Positions 41,860 to 55,628 are shown, numbered from the stretch's first letter. The stretch is DNA of 64,000 nt from Eledone cirrhosa (GCA_964016885.1 OZ024760.1:2914001-2978000), one strand, 5' to 3'. Notes: generated from the sequence alone by a model not told the origin. Numbers and translations are program-made.

Positions 41860-44800
41860 CAACCGTTGTACACAGTGGAGCTACAAGCTTAACAAAGTAT
41901 TATATGAAGCATACAAACAATCTGAACCCCAAAAGTTCGGTTTTATGCAAAGGCTAAAAACTTTATGGAACTCCAAACACCCAGAATTAGACTTTTCTCC
42001 AAAGCATTTAAATGAACAGGCAAAACGTATCATTAGATGTAAATTGATACATCTAACGGAATTGAGTGATACTACAAATACAGCCCTTGTAGACAACCAC
42101 CCCACCTCCACTGACAGACAAAGAGAATGGCCAGCTAAATCTAACAGATTTTGCTGAAATCCATCCCACTTCCACTGAAGAACAGCGAGAAAGGTCAGCT
42201 AACTCTAGTAGTAATTGTCACCACATCAACAACGGGGCTGAAATTCAGGACTCTACTGAACAAACAGAGCACCAAAAACTTGTGGACACCCTACAAGTGA
42301 TATGGAACGATATGTTTCAAGAGATACACAGCCTTAATGTGAGTGACAGACCATACAACACTAGAGTCAGTAAAGAACCCACTAAATTGGAATTGGAAGC
42401 GGTGAACGAAATAGTTGGCAATTATCTGAAGGCTATACGATCTAAAGGTGTAGAAACGACATTTGAAACATTTAATGTTTTGTTATATGTTTCAGCTGTC
42501 ACATTGCTATCATATAACACACTTCTAAAACTATGCAATCAAGATACAAACAGAAAGCCTGAACCAGCGTGGATGCGAAATTTAAAAACCAAAATTTTGT
42601 CCCTGAGACGAAGTATCTCACACATCGCAGTCGTTATGAAATGCAACATAGAGAGCAACTTCACACGACACCAGGAAGACCTAAAGAAAAAGTTAGAGAG
42701 ACGATTTGGAGATACAAAATTTAAAACTTTGAACTCCAAATTACACGAGTTGAAACAACAACTCACAGCTACAACAGAAAGACTAAAATATAAGTCAACA
42801 GCACATAAACGACAAGTGCTAAATAGATTGTTTGCCAGAGATCCTAAATCAGTTTATCGCAGCTTCGGTGGCAAAAGCTCAATCCCTGTAAACGACACCC
42901 CTTCAAAAGAACAGGTTGAGAGCTACCGGAGATCTGTATGGGAAACGGATGACGGATTCAACAGACAAACTAATTGGCTAAAAGAACTGGAACAGGACTA
43001 CTGCCAACATGTCCAGACAAAACAATATGACATAGATGGGTCAATACTGGAAACAGCTCTACAGAAAATGTCGAATAGGAAATCGCCAGGCCCCAGACCT
43101 CATTACAGGATACTGGTTGAAGAATTTCACTTTCTATCGGCAAGATCTCATACGGCTGTTTACAGAAACCATTAAAGGCACACAAGAACTGCCCAGATGG
43201 TTATCAACTGCCACTACTCTCCTCATTCCCCAAAATAGCCAAACTACCCTTGCTAAAAATTACCGACCAATAGCCTGCCAAAACATCATGTATAAATTAT
43301 ATACTGGGTGCCTTAACCTGTTCTTACAGGATCACTGTGCTACCAACAACATCATAACACCTGAGCAAGCTGGTGGAAAGAGGGAGGTGTGGGGTTGCAT
43401 AGATCACCTACTAACTAACAAAATGATTCAGGAAAAAACAACAAAGAATCGCAGAAACATAACTGTCGTGTGGCTGGACTATCAAAAAGCATTTGATAGT
43501 GTACCTCATGGGTGGATTATTAAGGCTTTACAGTTAGCTAAAGTCCCACAACCATTGGTAGCTGCTGTTGAACGCCTGACCAAGAACTGGTACACCAATT
43601 TGATCCTTAGAGGTGAGAAGGAGCAGGTTAAGACTGATAAGATACATTACCAGAAGGGCATCTTTCAGGGTGATAGCTTGTCAGTGCTACTCTTCGTTCT
43701 CTCACTGAATCCACTATCTTACCTACTCAGGAAACAGGGTGGACAAAGAAATGGGCCCAGAAGTATCTCCCATCTTTTCTTTGTTGATGACCTGAAGTTG
43801 TATGGGCCAAATATCAATGACATCAAGAAACAATTGGACCTCATTACACAATTTTCAACCGACATCAAAATGAAATTTGGTGAGTCCAAGTGTGCATATT
43901 TGGCAGTAAAACGTGGAAGAGCTGTGCCCTCCTCTAGAAATCTAGAAATGAACGACCCGACAATACAACCTCTGCAGTCAGGTGGCAACTACAGATATCT
44001 TGGACAGGATGAGAATGTCAGATATGATGGACCCATAAATAAGGAGAGAACCAGAACTGAATACCTCAGAAGAGTAAAGAAAATATGGTCATCAGAACTG
44101 TCAGCATACAACAAATACATTGCCCACAATACTTATGCTGTGCCAATTCTAACGCCAACATTTGGCCTTCTGAACTGGTCATTGCAAGAACTAAGTGAGA
44201 TGGATGTTAGAACTCGAAAACTTCTCAGTGTTACTGGCAACTTTAACATCAATGGTGATGTGGATAGGCTATACTTCTCACGCAAGGAAGGTGGCCGGGG
44301 TCTAAAATCAATATTAACAACATATGAGATCCGGATAGTAACACTGAAGCAACACCTTCAACAGAGGAAAAAGGTTGGCAACCATCTTGCCCAGGTTTAT
44401 GAGCATGAAAAAAAAATATCATTAGAATAGCGACTGATCTGGAGGAGAGATATGGAATAAAGCCTGATATAAATCTCTCTCCCAGAGAAATCGGAAGATC
44501 CTATTCAATGTTCAAACAAGATAAAAAAATTGACCAATTTACAGAAAAAGTTGTGCATGGATACTTGAGGCGTAAAACACAGACCATAGAGGGGATAAAC
44601 CACTCAAAAAGCCTGGCATGGTTCCGACAAGTTTATGACATCACACCTTGAGGGATATCTCTATGCAAACAGGAACAAGAACTCCCTACCAAATATCTGC
44701 TGCACAAAAGAGGAGGGCCAGCAGCTGACAATAAATGTAGGCTATGTAAAACAAAGATCGAGGATGCAAGCCACATTGTTGCCAGCTGCGAAAGAATGTC

Positions 44801-45308
44801 ATCTCGCTACTACCTCCCCATGAGACGTGATGGGATAGCTAGAACCATCTGGAACGCACTTCGGAAAACAAAATTAACAACAAACGAGGAAGAATATATT
44901 GAGACAGATGGCACTAAGGAATACTGGTGGAACCTGAAAATAAAAACTGCCACCAAATTAAAGCACAACCGGCCTGATATTGTTGTTTGGGACCACACAT
45001 TGAAAACGTGTTCTGTTGTGGAGATCAGCTGCCCACTTGATGTAAACGTTGTCAGAAAAATACAGGAGAAGGAGGACATCTACGAACCATTGATGAGGAG
45101 TTTACATATCCAGTATCCAAGATACACCTTTAGCTTCATACCCATCATTATTGGAGCTACGGGTTATATACCAACCCGCTTGGACCAAAGTATGACTGAA
45201 CTTGGATTTGCGGACAAAAAGCGCAGCTCCCTAATTCATAGTCTACAAATGGCTGCGATAGCTGGCACCTTCAAAATTTGCAAAACATTCTTGCGATTCA
45301 AGGGATGA
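41860..45308 (+). pseudogene. Disrupted single ORF of the R4-type element (Myb-like, RT, zinc knuckle, RLE)
   Basis: Pieces 41945-42157, 42282-43175, 43036-44430 and 44796-45308, separated by frameshifts. Confidence 0.85.
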
Positions 45309-45889
45309 CAATTTCTTTTCTTTTACAACTTTGCCACCAGGAAGGTGGCGGTCAAAAAATATATACTCGAAATTAAGAGAAAGAGATAACATACATAGTG
45401 ACATTCATACATACGTAGTGGCATACATACATGCATACACATATAGTGCCATACACATATAGTGCCATACATACATAATGACATACATACATAGTGGCAT
45501 ACATACATACGTAGTGGCATACATACATGCATACACATATAGTGCCATACACATATAGTGCCATACATATATAGTGGCATACATACATTTACACATACAT
45601 ACAAGTACAAACATTCGTTCATACTACATACATACTTATATATAAATGTCATATATTTAAAAACCACACACACACACATATATATACACACATCCACACA
45701 TACATACACACACACATACATACACATACACATATCAACACATCAGCATATATACACCCCCCCCCCATACACATACACACCCACACAAACATACACATAC
45801 ACACATCCAAACAGAAAGATCAAGACAAAACAAAACAGACGACATATTTTAAAAGTCCTTCTATGTCTTATTGAAAGACTTCTATTGTT

Positions 45890-47260
45890 TTCGTCTAATC
45901 TCATCTCCAACTGTTTCTGTATTTTGGTGAATGAGTCAAGACCATGCTGGAGCATTTTTACTTGTATATCACTTCAGATGTTGCTACAGCATGGCCAAAC
46001 TGTTAAAAAGCTTGCTTCACAATAATTCTCTAACCTCATCTCCAAATGTTTCTGTATTTTGGTGAATGAGTCAAGACCATGCTGGAGCATTTTTACTTGT
46101 ATATCACTTCAGATGTTGCTACAGCATGGCCAAACTGTTAAAAAGCTTGCTTCACAATAATTCTCTAACCTCATCTCCAAATGTTTCTGTATTTTGGTGA
46201 ATGAGTCAAGACCATGCTGGAGCATTTTTACTTGTATATCACTTCAGGTGTTGCTACAGCATGGCCAAACTGTTAAAAAGCTTGCTTCACAATAATTCTC
46301 TAACCTCATCTCCAAATGTTTCTGTATTTTGGTGAATGAGTCAAGACCATGCTGGAGCATTTTTACTTGTATATCACTTCAGATGTTGCTACAGCATGGC
46401 CAAACTGTTAAAAAGCTTGCTTCACAATAATTCTCTAACCTCATCTCCAAATGTTTCTGTATTTTGGTGAATGAGTCAAGACCATGCTGGAGCATTTTTA
46501 CTTGTATATCACTTCAGGTGTTGCTACAGCATGGCCAAACTGTTAAAAAGCTTGCTTCACAATAATTCTCTAACCTCATCTCCAAATGTTTCTGTATTTT
46601 GGTGAATGAGTCAAGACCATGCTGGAGCATTTTTACTTGTATATCACTTCAGGTGTTGCTACAGCATGGCCAAACTGTTAAAAAGCTTGCTTCACAATAA
46701 TTCTCTAACCTCATCTCCAAATGTTTCTGTATTTTGGTGAATGAGTCAAGACCATGCTGGAGCATTTTTACTTGTATATCACTTCAGGTGTTGCTACAGC
46801 ATGGCCAAACTGTTAAAAAGCTTGCTTCACAATAATTCTCTAACCTCATCTCCAAATGTTTCTGTATTTTGGTGAATGAGTCAAGACCATGCTGGAGCAT
46901 TTTTACTTGTATATCACTTCAGGTGTTGCTACAGCATGGCCAAACTGTTAAAAAGCTTGCTTCACAATAATTCTCTAATCTCATCTCCAAATGTTTCTGT
47001 ATTTTGGTGAATGAGTCAAGACCATGCTGGAGCATTTTTACTTGTATATCACTTCAGGTGTTGCTACAGCATGGCCAAACTGTTAAAAAGCTTGCTTCAC
47101 AATAATTCTCTAACCTCATCTCCAAATGTTTCTGTACTTTTGTGAATGAGTCAAGGCCATGCTGGAGCATTTTTACTAGCATATTGCTTCTGATGTTGCT
47201 GCAGCATGGCCAAACTGTTAAAAATCTCACTTCACAATCATTGTCTAATCTCATCTCATC
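45890..47260. repeat. 135-bp tandem repeat (~10 copies)
   Basis: accatgctggagc recurs at 45941, 46076 and so on. Confidence 0.95.
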
Positions 47261-47469
47261 CACAAACCCCACATCTAAACCAGCTGGCTTCACCTCCCTA
47301 TAAAGCAATGGGTGTCCTTTAACCAGTTCCACACATCACATACCAGGACAAGCCCATTATCTCCATCAATAGAAAATGAAAGACAGCCCAACATGTGACT
47401 GCGAGGACCCTGAACAGGAAGTGCTACATGTTCTCCTGGTGGCCTGGAGGCAATCCATACTACTACAAA

Positions 47470-48316
47470 TGACACCTAAGTCTGGCTCACCAATCTCGAT
47501 CTGTCTCTCTGACCATTGACCAGGTTCAGACTAAGCCAGCTAGAATCCATGACAAATAGACTGACATTGCTTGGCGCTCATCCAGCACTCTTTCTGTTGA
47601 GGAACTGTTTTGCCATGCCGAAGCTCTTGTAGACATTCCACAGTGCCCTGTGATACAACCAAACATCTCTCCTCACAGATCTTGACACCTGCATCCAACG
47701 GGCTGCTGAGGAGATATGCGATGTCCAGTTTGACAACACCAGATAGCAGTAGGCTACCTTACTTGTTCAGACTAAGCCAGCTAGAATATATGACAAATAG
47801 ACTGAGCTTGCTTGGCGCTCACCCGGCACTCTTTCTGTTGAGGAACTGTTTTGCCATGCCGAAGCTCTTGTAGACATTCCACAGTGCCCTGTGATACAAC
47901 CAAACATCTCTCCTCACAGATCTTGACACCTGCATCCAACAGGCTGCTGAGGAGATATGCGATGTCCAGTTTGACAACACCAGATAGCAGTAGGCTACCT
48001 TACTTGTTCAGACTAAGCCAGCTAGAATATATGACAAATAGACTCAGCTTGATTGGCGCTCACCCGGCACTCTTTCTTTTGAGGAACTGTTTTGCCATGC
48101 CGAAGCTCTTGTAGACATTCCACAGTGCCCTGTGATACAACCAAACATCTCTCCTCACAGATCTCGACACCTGCATCCAACGGGCTGCTGAGGAGATATG
48201 CGATGTCCAGTTTGACAACACCAGATAGCAGTAGGCTACCTTACCTGTTAAATATGGCGACCTTGGTCTTCAGTGTCCTGTCCCACTGGCTCTACCTCCT
48301 TTCCCTTCGTCGCTGA
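47470..48316 (+). mobile_element. Degenerate CRE/NeSL-like retrotransposon RT fragment with a 241-bp triplication (47524-48246)
   Basis: Reading through stops gives SGSPI...LFLLRNCFAMPKLL...ICDVQFD...ATLPVKYGDLGL...LALPPFPSS, resembling the CRE-clade QATLP..GGLGL..LALPAFLSS motif. Confidence 0.62.
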
Positions 48317-48421
48317 CCTCTTGCCATGTCCTCATCAATATATATATATATATATATTCTAACCCCTGCTAGCATGGAAAACTGGCTGATGATGATATAT
48401 ATATTATATATATATATATAT

Positions 48422-48765
48422 GGAGGCACATGGCTTAGTGGTTAGAGCATTGGCCTTGCAATCGAAAGGTTGTGAGTTCAATTCTCAGACTGGGTGATGT
48501 GTTGTGTCCTTGAGCAAGACACTTTATTTCACATTGCTCCAGTTTACTCAGCTGTAGAAATGAGATGATAGGGGCTGGGGTCCCTATAATTCCACTGCAA
48601 AGTGGTCGTGGAGGTGCCACAGCAAAAAAGCACCCAGCACCCACTGTAAATGAGGTTGGTGTTAGGAAGGGCATCCAGCTGTAGAAATCAAGCCAGAATC
48701 AGTTCCCGTCCCACCCTTGCAGGCAGGGAAAAGTGGACGTTAAATGATGATGATAATGATGATGA
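48422..48765 (+). mobile_element. SINE family A copy
   Basis: Same family as 19657-19995. Confidence 0.88.
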
Positions 48766-48819
48766 TATTATATATACAATATATATATATATACTATATA
48801 TATATACTATATATATATA

Positions 48820-48855
<36 letters not shown>

Positions 48856-49056
48856 TATATATATATACTATATATATATAGTATATATATATATATATAT
48901 ATATATTTATTAAAATAACAGTTTAAAGTTTAAGCAAAGAATCGCTGCTTTCACCCTTAATGGGATCTTCTACGGTTCTTATATATTTGATATATATTTA
49001 TCCTTATCGAGCCCTCTTTGGATTTTAGTCTTCAAATTTATTATTATTACTATAAT

Positions 49057-49232
49057 TGGCAGTATCGGTAGAGGGTTGGACGCCATGTTTTCTAGCATAG
49101 TTACGTCCCTTTACAATCTGAGTTCAAATCCCGCCGAGGTTAACTTTGCCTTTCATCCTTACGGGGTTGATAAAATAAAGTACCAGTAATGTACTGGGTA
49201 ATTGCTGGCCTTGTGCCTAAAGTAGAAACAAT

Positions 49233-49234
<2 letters not shown>
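49057..49234 (+). mobile_element. SINE family B copy
   Basis: Same family as 14797-14987. Confidence 0.82.
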
Positions 49235-49325
<91 letters not shown>

Positions 49326-49752
49326 TATATATATAGTATATATATACAACTGGTCCTGGCATTGATAAATTTGCTGGGTCCGTCAACTCCTTATTATATA
49401 TATATTATATGTATATAATATATGGAGGAGACATGGTAAAAAGCTCCCAGTCCACACTGTAAATGTGGTTGGTGTTAGGAAGAGCATCCAGCTGTAGAAA
49501 ACCTGCCAGAAACAGTTCTGTATGAGCGTGACATGGTCTCCCGACCAATCTCACTTCAAATGGGACAAAACCATCCAAACCGTGGAAGATGGAAGAAGGA
49601 CGTTAAACGATGATGATGATATATTATATGCATATATAATATATCATATGTATAGTTAAATGATGATAATATATATATATATATTGGGAAAACTCCCGTC
49701 CAAACCCATGCAAGCGTGGAACATGGACGTTAAACGATGATGATGATGATGA

Positions 49753-49813
<61 letters not shown>

Positions 49814-50117
49814 TATATCATCTTCACTGTTAAACATCTATTTTCCATGCTTGCATGGGTTTGCCGAGGTGTCATGTTATGAGTTTAGCCATGACAACTG
49901 ACCACACCAGTTTTTGGCTTGGTTTTCTATGGCTATCCACACAGACACACACATGTATATTTGTGCGCATATGTGTTGTGCATAGTTAAAGCTAAAAAGG
50001 TAAAGAAAATAAATTCAGTTACACAACAGGCAAAATTTTTTCCCATTGACATTGGGGGTGGATTTTTCTAGTATACTCCAACTAATGGAGAATGCTGTGC
50101 CATTATTTTTCGTGTAT

Positions 50118-50500
50118 GGCGGTGGATTGGCAGTATCGGTAGAGGTTCGGACGCCATGCTTTGACGCATAGAGTTACGGCCCTTGCCATTCTGAGTTCAA
50201 ATCCCGCCGAGGTTAACTTTGCCTTTCATCCTTACGGGGTCGATAAAATAAAGTACCAGTAATGTACTGGGTAATTTTCTGGCCTTGTGCCAATAGTAGA
50301 AACAATTATTTTTCGTGGATTGGCAGTATCAGTAGAGGGTCTGACGCCATGCTTTACAGCAAAGAGTTACGGCCCTTTATGGTCTGAGTTCAAATCCCGC
50401 CGAGGTTAACTTTGCCTTTCATCCTTACGGGGTCGATAAAATAAAGTACCAGTAATGTACTGGGTAATTGCTGGCCTTGTGCCTAAAGTAGAAACAATTA
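50118..50500 (+). mobile_element. Two tandem SINE B copies
   Basis: Same family; both flanked by attatttttc-like sequence. Confidence 0.85.
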
Positions 50501-50799
50501 TTTTTGAAGTCCCACACTTGGTCAGCAAATTGGCTGGTATGAATTTTGTCAGGATGACAGAAGGTTGTTTCATGGTTCATCTACCGGCTTATGAATTGAC
50601 TCTCAGACATTCTGACATAAGTCCAGACTTCAGTTTGGTGGTTCTGGTTGGTGGAGATTACATCTGGTGCAGGAAAATAGCCTATTTTCACTGACTGGAT
50701 ATTTCTACCAAACATGTACTACAGTACACACACACATATATATATATATATATACATACATGTGTGTGTGTGTGTAATGTATATATATATATATTCATT

Positions 50800-51136
50800 T
50801 CATTCATTTTTCATTTCATTTTACGTCCGCTTTTTCCCTGCTTGCAAGGGTGGGACGGGAACTGATTCTGGCTTGATTTCTACAGCTGGATGCCCTTCCT
50901 AACACCAACCTCATTTTACAGTGAGTGCTGGGTATTTTTTTTTGCTGTGGCACCTCCACGACCACTTTGCAGTGGAATGATATGGACCTCAGTCCCTATC
51001 ATCTCATTTCTACAGCTGAGTAAACTGGAGCAATGTGAAATAAAGTGTCTTGCTGAAGGGAACAACACATCACCCGGTCTGAGAATTGAACTCACAACCT
51101 TTCGATTGCAAGGGCAATGCTCTAACCACTAAGCCA
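50800..51136 (-). mobile_element. SINE family A copy
   Basis: Reverse complement of the family consensus. Confidence 0.85.
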
Positions 51137-51757
51137 TATATATATATATATAAACGTTGATGATGATGATGATGATATATATATGTATAAATAAACCCTA
51201 TTATATTGCTTATTCGTGTTAATCACCCTTTTACCTATATTTATATATATCTGTGTGTATTTGTATATATATATATACATATATATGTGTATATATATAT
51301 ATACATATATATACATATCATCATCATCATTGTTTAACATCCATTTTCCACACTAGCATGAGTTATGTGTGTATGTGTGTGTGTGTGTCTGTATGTGTAT
51401 ATACAGTCTGCCTCTTCATCTCACCTGGAACCAATTCAATTATATTACTAATATATTTGGGCAAGACATCATGACTTCCTTCCTTAACCTCCCCCTCATG
51501 CCTCACCTCCCCCACACAAACACATACAAGAGACATATATATTATGATATTTTCCCCTCTACAGACACTCGTAGACACACAAACCTATAAATCAAATATT
51601 TCCTGCCTAACCAACAAATTAATACCATTGGTTTTAATCTTGTCATTCATAATAATAGTTATAATAATGATTTCTTTATTGGCCACAAGGGCTGACATCA
51701 AGAAAAACATCACAGACGGAACAGGACGGTACGATGTGGGTTTTGTGCGTGTAAATA

Positions 51758-52312
51758 TTGGCAGTATCGGTGGAGGGTCGGACGCCATGCTTTCCAGCAT
51801 AGTTACGGCCCTTTATGATCTGAGTTCAAATCCCTTTGCCTTTCATCCTTACGGGATCGATAAAATAAAGTACCAGTAATGCACTGGGTAATTGCTGGCC
51901 TTGTGCCTAAAGTAGAAACAATTATTTATATAAGAAAAGAAAAAAGACATAAAACATATATATATATAAATAATAAAATGAAAATTGAAACAATGAAAAA
52001 TTCCCCAATAGCGGGAAAACCTCCGAGGGTTACTCGTGGCGAAAACCACACAAAAGACCACGGCCACCCTGACTACCAGGGCAAGCGCCCTCTCTCAATA
52101 TTTCCATAGTTATAATAATAATAACTGTTTCTACTTTTGGCACAAGGCCAGCAATTACCCAGTGCATTACTGGTACTTTATTTTATCGACCCCGTAAGGA
52201 TGAAATGCAAAGTTAACCTCGGCGGGATTTGAACTCAGAATGGCAAGGGCCGTAACTCTATATGTCAAAGCATGGCGTCCGACCCTCTCCCAATACTGCC
52301 AATCCACCGCCC
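51758..52312. mobile_element. SINE B copies (51758-51925 plus, 52123-52312 minus) nested among L1/Tx1-like 3' fragments
   Basis: Family consensus matches. Confidence 0.75.
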
Positions 52313-52344
<32 letters not shown>

Positions 52345-52350
<6 letters not shown>

Positions 52351-53191
52351 TCTTTATTAACCACAAGGGTTTACATAAAGTAGACATTAAGGACAGTGCA
52401 GGACAATACAGGACGGTACAAATGGGCATTTCTGCGTGTAAAAAACAAAAACAGAGGATGTAACAAAAAATAACAATGAAAAATTCACCAATAGGGGGAG
52501 ACTTCAGAGGGACATTTGTGGAGAAAGCCCAGTAAAAGGCCACAGTGACCCTGACCACCAAGGCAAGTGCCATCTCCCAGTTTTCCACCTTTAATTTACA
52601 GATATATACTCAGAGTAGGCCCATTCACTCGGGCCATTCTTGCTTCTCTCACCCATCTTTCAACAAAATGCTGGGAAGAGAGCACTTCCCTCTCTACTCT
52701 GATTTTCCTTTTCAAATGAAATTTGAAAAAGTCAATCAGAGCATCACCGAAGAGGTAAGTGCTCGTCTTCAGCCCTTTCAAACGTGTCCACCTGGAAAGG
52801 AGGGTGAGGGTGGAGAGAGAAGTGCTGCCCCCCAGTACATTTGCTAAAAGGTGGGTGAATGTGGCGAGAATGGCTCGTGTGAATGGGCCCACTCTGACCA
52901 TGCGCCTATAGGCTGACTAACTTGAGGAGAGGGGTGCTCTCCTGGGTGCCCCTAGAAGCGCAGGGTGGTTCAGGATTGGTGGGGTACCCGAATCACCCCA
53001 GGGTCGTCCACCCCCTATCGGGGAATTTATTTTGTTATATTTATGCATAGTTTATTTTATATTTTTATATTTTCATGGTTAAATTAGTCTTGCCATTGTG
53101 CACTTTTACTCGACCTTATTGTAAACCCCCCACTGTCCCTGTCTTTGTATTGTCCCCTACATGTCGGCCCTTGTGGCCAAATAAATGAAAC

Positions 53192-53222
<31 letters not shown>

Positions 53223-53225
53223 GTT
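52345..53225. mobile_element. Two L1/Tx1-like LINE 3' ends in opposite orientation (minus ~52345-52800, plus ~52842-53225)
   Basis: Both encode a related C-terminus (RWV..ARMARVNGPTL) followed by ccttgtgg..aataaa and an (ATT)n tail; clade assignment is tentative. Confidence 0.6.
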
Positions 53226-53243
53226 TTTCATTATTATTATTAG

Positions 53244-53382
53244 ATCTGTCCCCAAAAGAGTAATTATTGACGATATTGTGCGACAGTTCAATTTGCCTGC
53301 CATAGCTCGACCCCAACTCATCACGTGGTACATTGATGACTTAGTGAGTGTTACTGAAAGCTATGGGCCTGACAGTCCATTG
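53244..53382 (+). CDS. ENPP-like gene exon E: (K)SVPKRVIIDDIVRQFNLPAIARPQLITWYIDDLVSVTESYGPDSPL
   Basis: Acceptor attattag, donor gtaagt; phase 2/0; ungapped 46-aa match to ENPP1 SVPFEERI...LP..RP...LYLEEPDSSGHSYGPVSSE. Confidence 0.92.
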
Positions 53383-53774
53383 GTAAGTTGTTGTTTGTTG
53401 ATTTGTTGTTTTTGTTGGTGAATTTAAAAAATAATTTCGTTGTTTTTGTCCTAGTGGAAGTATTATTATTAGTATTAGATAAAATAAAGTACCAGTAATG
53501 CACTGGGTCAATTTAATCAACTTTCCCTTCCTCATAATTGTTGGCAGTATTGGTAGAGGGTCGGACGCCATGCTTTGCAGCATAGAGTTACGGCCCTTTA
53601 TGATCTGAGTTCAAATCCCGTTAACTTTGCCTTTCATCCTTATGGAGTCGATAAAATAAAGTACCAGTAATACACTGGAGTTAATTAAATTGACTTTCCC
53701 TCCCCCAAAATTGATGACCTTGTGCCTATTGTAGAAACAATTATTATCATCATTATTATTATTTGTAGTAGCAA

Positions 53775-53826
<52 letters not shown>

Positions 53827-54412
53827 TTGAAATATAATCCATGCTTTGAATAAAATGTGGGGTGGTAAATAAATATATACATATACATATGGCAATAGAG
53901 GGGGGGGGTGCTCTCAGAGCATAATAGCTAGAATAAGGATAGGATGGGAAAAGAAAGACCTCGACAGAGGTTGTGAGAGCTGACCTCAAAGAATCGCAAT
54001 GTGTGGAGAGATGCCATGCTGAGAAGGACCCGTCCAACCCATGCAGGCATGGAAAAGCGGACGTAAAAAGGACAATGATGATGATGTGTGTATATATATA
54101 TATATATATACTTCTTTTTTTAATTTGTTTTGCAAGATTTCTTATCTGAAAACATGTGTTGAAACAGATATTGTTATACTTTGGGAGGGTCATGCCAATT
54201 TTATTGGCAGCATGACCCTCCCAAAGTATATCAATATATATATATATATAGTTATGTAATAAACAACATAAGATAATTATTTCATTAACCAGTGCTTTCT
54301 TGAAATAATTATCTTATGTTGTTTATTACATAACTAATAAGCTCTGTAACATACGTAGAGCACTCTTTTTTCCTGAACCTTTCCGACGGAATTACTTCAT
54401 TTATATTTATAT

Positions 54413-54690
54413 ATAAAATAATTGTTTCTACTTTAGGCACAAGGCCAGCAATTAACCAGTGCATTACTGGTACTTTATATATAAAATAATTGTTTCTACT
54501 TTTGGCACAAGGCCAGCAATTAACCAGTGCATTACTGGTACTTTATATATAAAATAATTGTTTCTACTTTAGGCACAAGGCCAGCAATTAACCAGTGCAT
54601 TACTGGTACTTTATATATAAAATAATTGTTTCTACTTTAGGCACAAGGCCAGCAATTAACTAGTGCATTACTGGTACTTTATATATAAAA
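54413..54690. repeat. 68-bp tandem repeat (4 copies) of the SINE B 3' end
   Basis: attgtttctactttaggcacaaggccagcaattaaccagtgcattactggtactttatatataaaata. Confidence 0.9.
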
Positions 54691-54747
54691 TAATGGTAGT
54701 TAAGACAGGATTAATTCACCAGAATTGTTTATTGCATGATTGCGTAA

Positions 54748-54798
54748 GCATCTGATGAAGTCACATGAATAACCATGTAACAGAAATATATATAATGC
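54748..54798 (+). ncRNA. Minimal hammerhead-like motif inside a long hairpin (54691-54842)
   Basis: GCAT-CUGAUGA-agtcacatg aataac catgtaaca-GAAA-tatata-UA-ATGC. Confidence 0.6.
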
Positions 54799-54949
54799 AA
54801 TAAAAAAATTATGGTGATTTAATCCCGCCTTAACTACCATTATCACCTACCTGGGATATACTACTGATGCGAAGTGCTTTGAATGCTAGGACCTGCTTAT
54901 CCTCAAGAAGTTACAACTTAACAATTAAGATAAACAACACACTTCTGCA

Positions 54950-54980
<31 letters not shown>

Positions 54981-55628
54981 CATACATATACATATATATA
55001 CACACACATATACATATATATATTTATATATATATGTGTGTGAACAGTAGGTTTCCTTTCAGTTTCACTCTATCAGATTGCATTCTCTAGGCATTGGTCA
55101 ACACGATACAACAGTACAATAACAAAATATAACAGAAGTGACAGTCAATTTGTTATTTTTTCTGGTGTAAAATTGCTTTCATTGAAAAAACACTGAGACC
55201 AAATAAAAACAACCCCCAACAACCTATCAATGATTATGTGCTTCACCAAATTATTTTATTGCTCTATCGGCACCATCTTTTACCATTGTGTCTATAGATA
55301 TCCTAATCAATAGGACTAGAAAAATTTATGAATAGATGGCTAGTTCTTAACACATTTTCACAGCCACCGTTGAATGCCAACAATAATAATATATTAATAT
55401 ATTAATATTAGAGAGGAAACAACAACAGTAATAACAACAACACACACAAAAAAATAGAAAAATGAACATAAAACATAAAATAAAATAAATATAACAGCCC
55501 TACTATGTTGATCTGACTTCTGTCTTCTCTGGGACATATGATATGAGTATTATATATGTATATATATGTGTGAGTGTATATGTGTATATATATGGAAACA
55601 TACACATGTTTATATATGTGTATGTATA

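Larger units (their letters stand above)
40701..45389 (+). mobile_element. Near full-length R4/Dong-clade RLE non-LTR retrotransposon, frameshifted
   Basis: N-terminal Myb-like segment (WSYKLNKVLYEAY...FMQRLKTLWNSKHP); RT (YRPIACQN, WLDYQKAFDSVPH, GIFQGDSLS, HLFFVDDLKLY); CCHC knuckle CRLC...H...C; RLE KHNRPDIVV...VEISCP; CATA satellite on both flanks. Confidence 0.9.
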
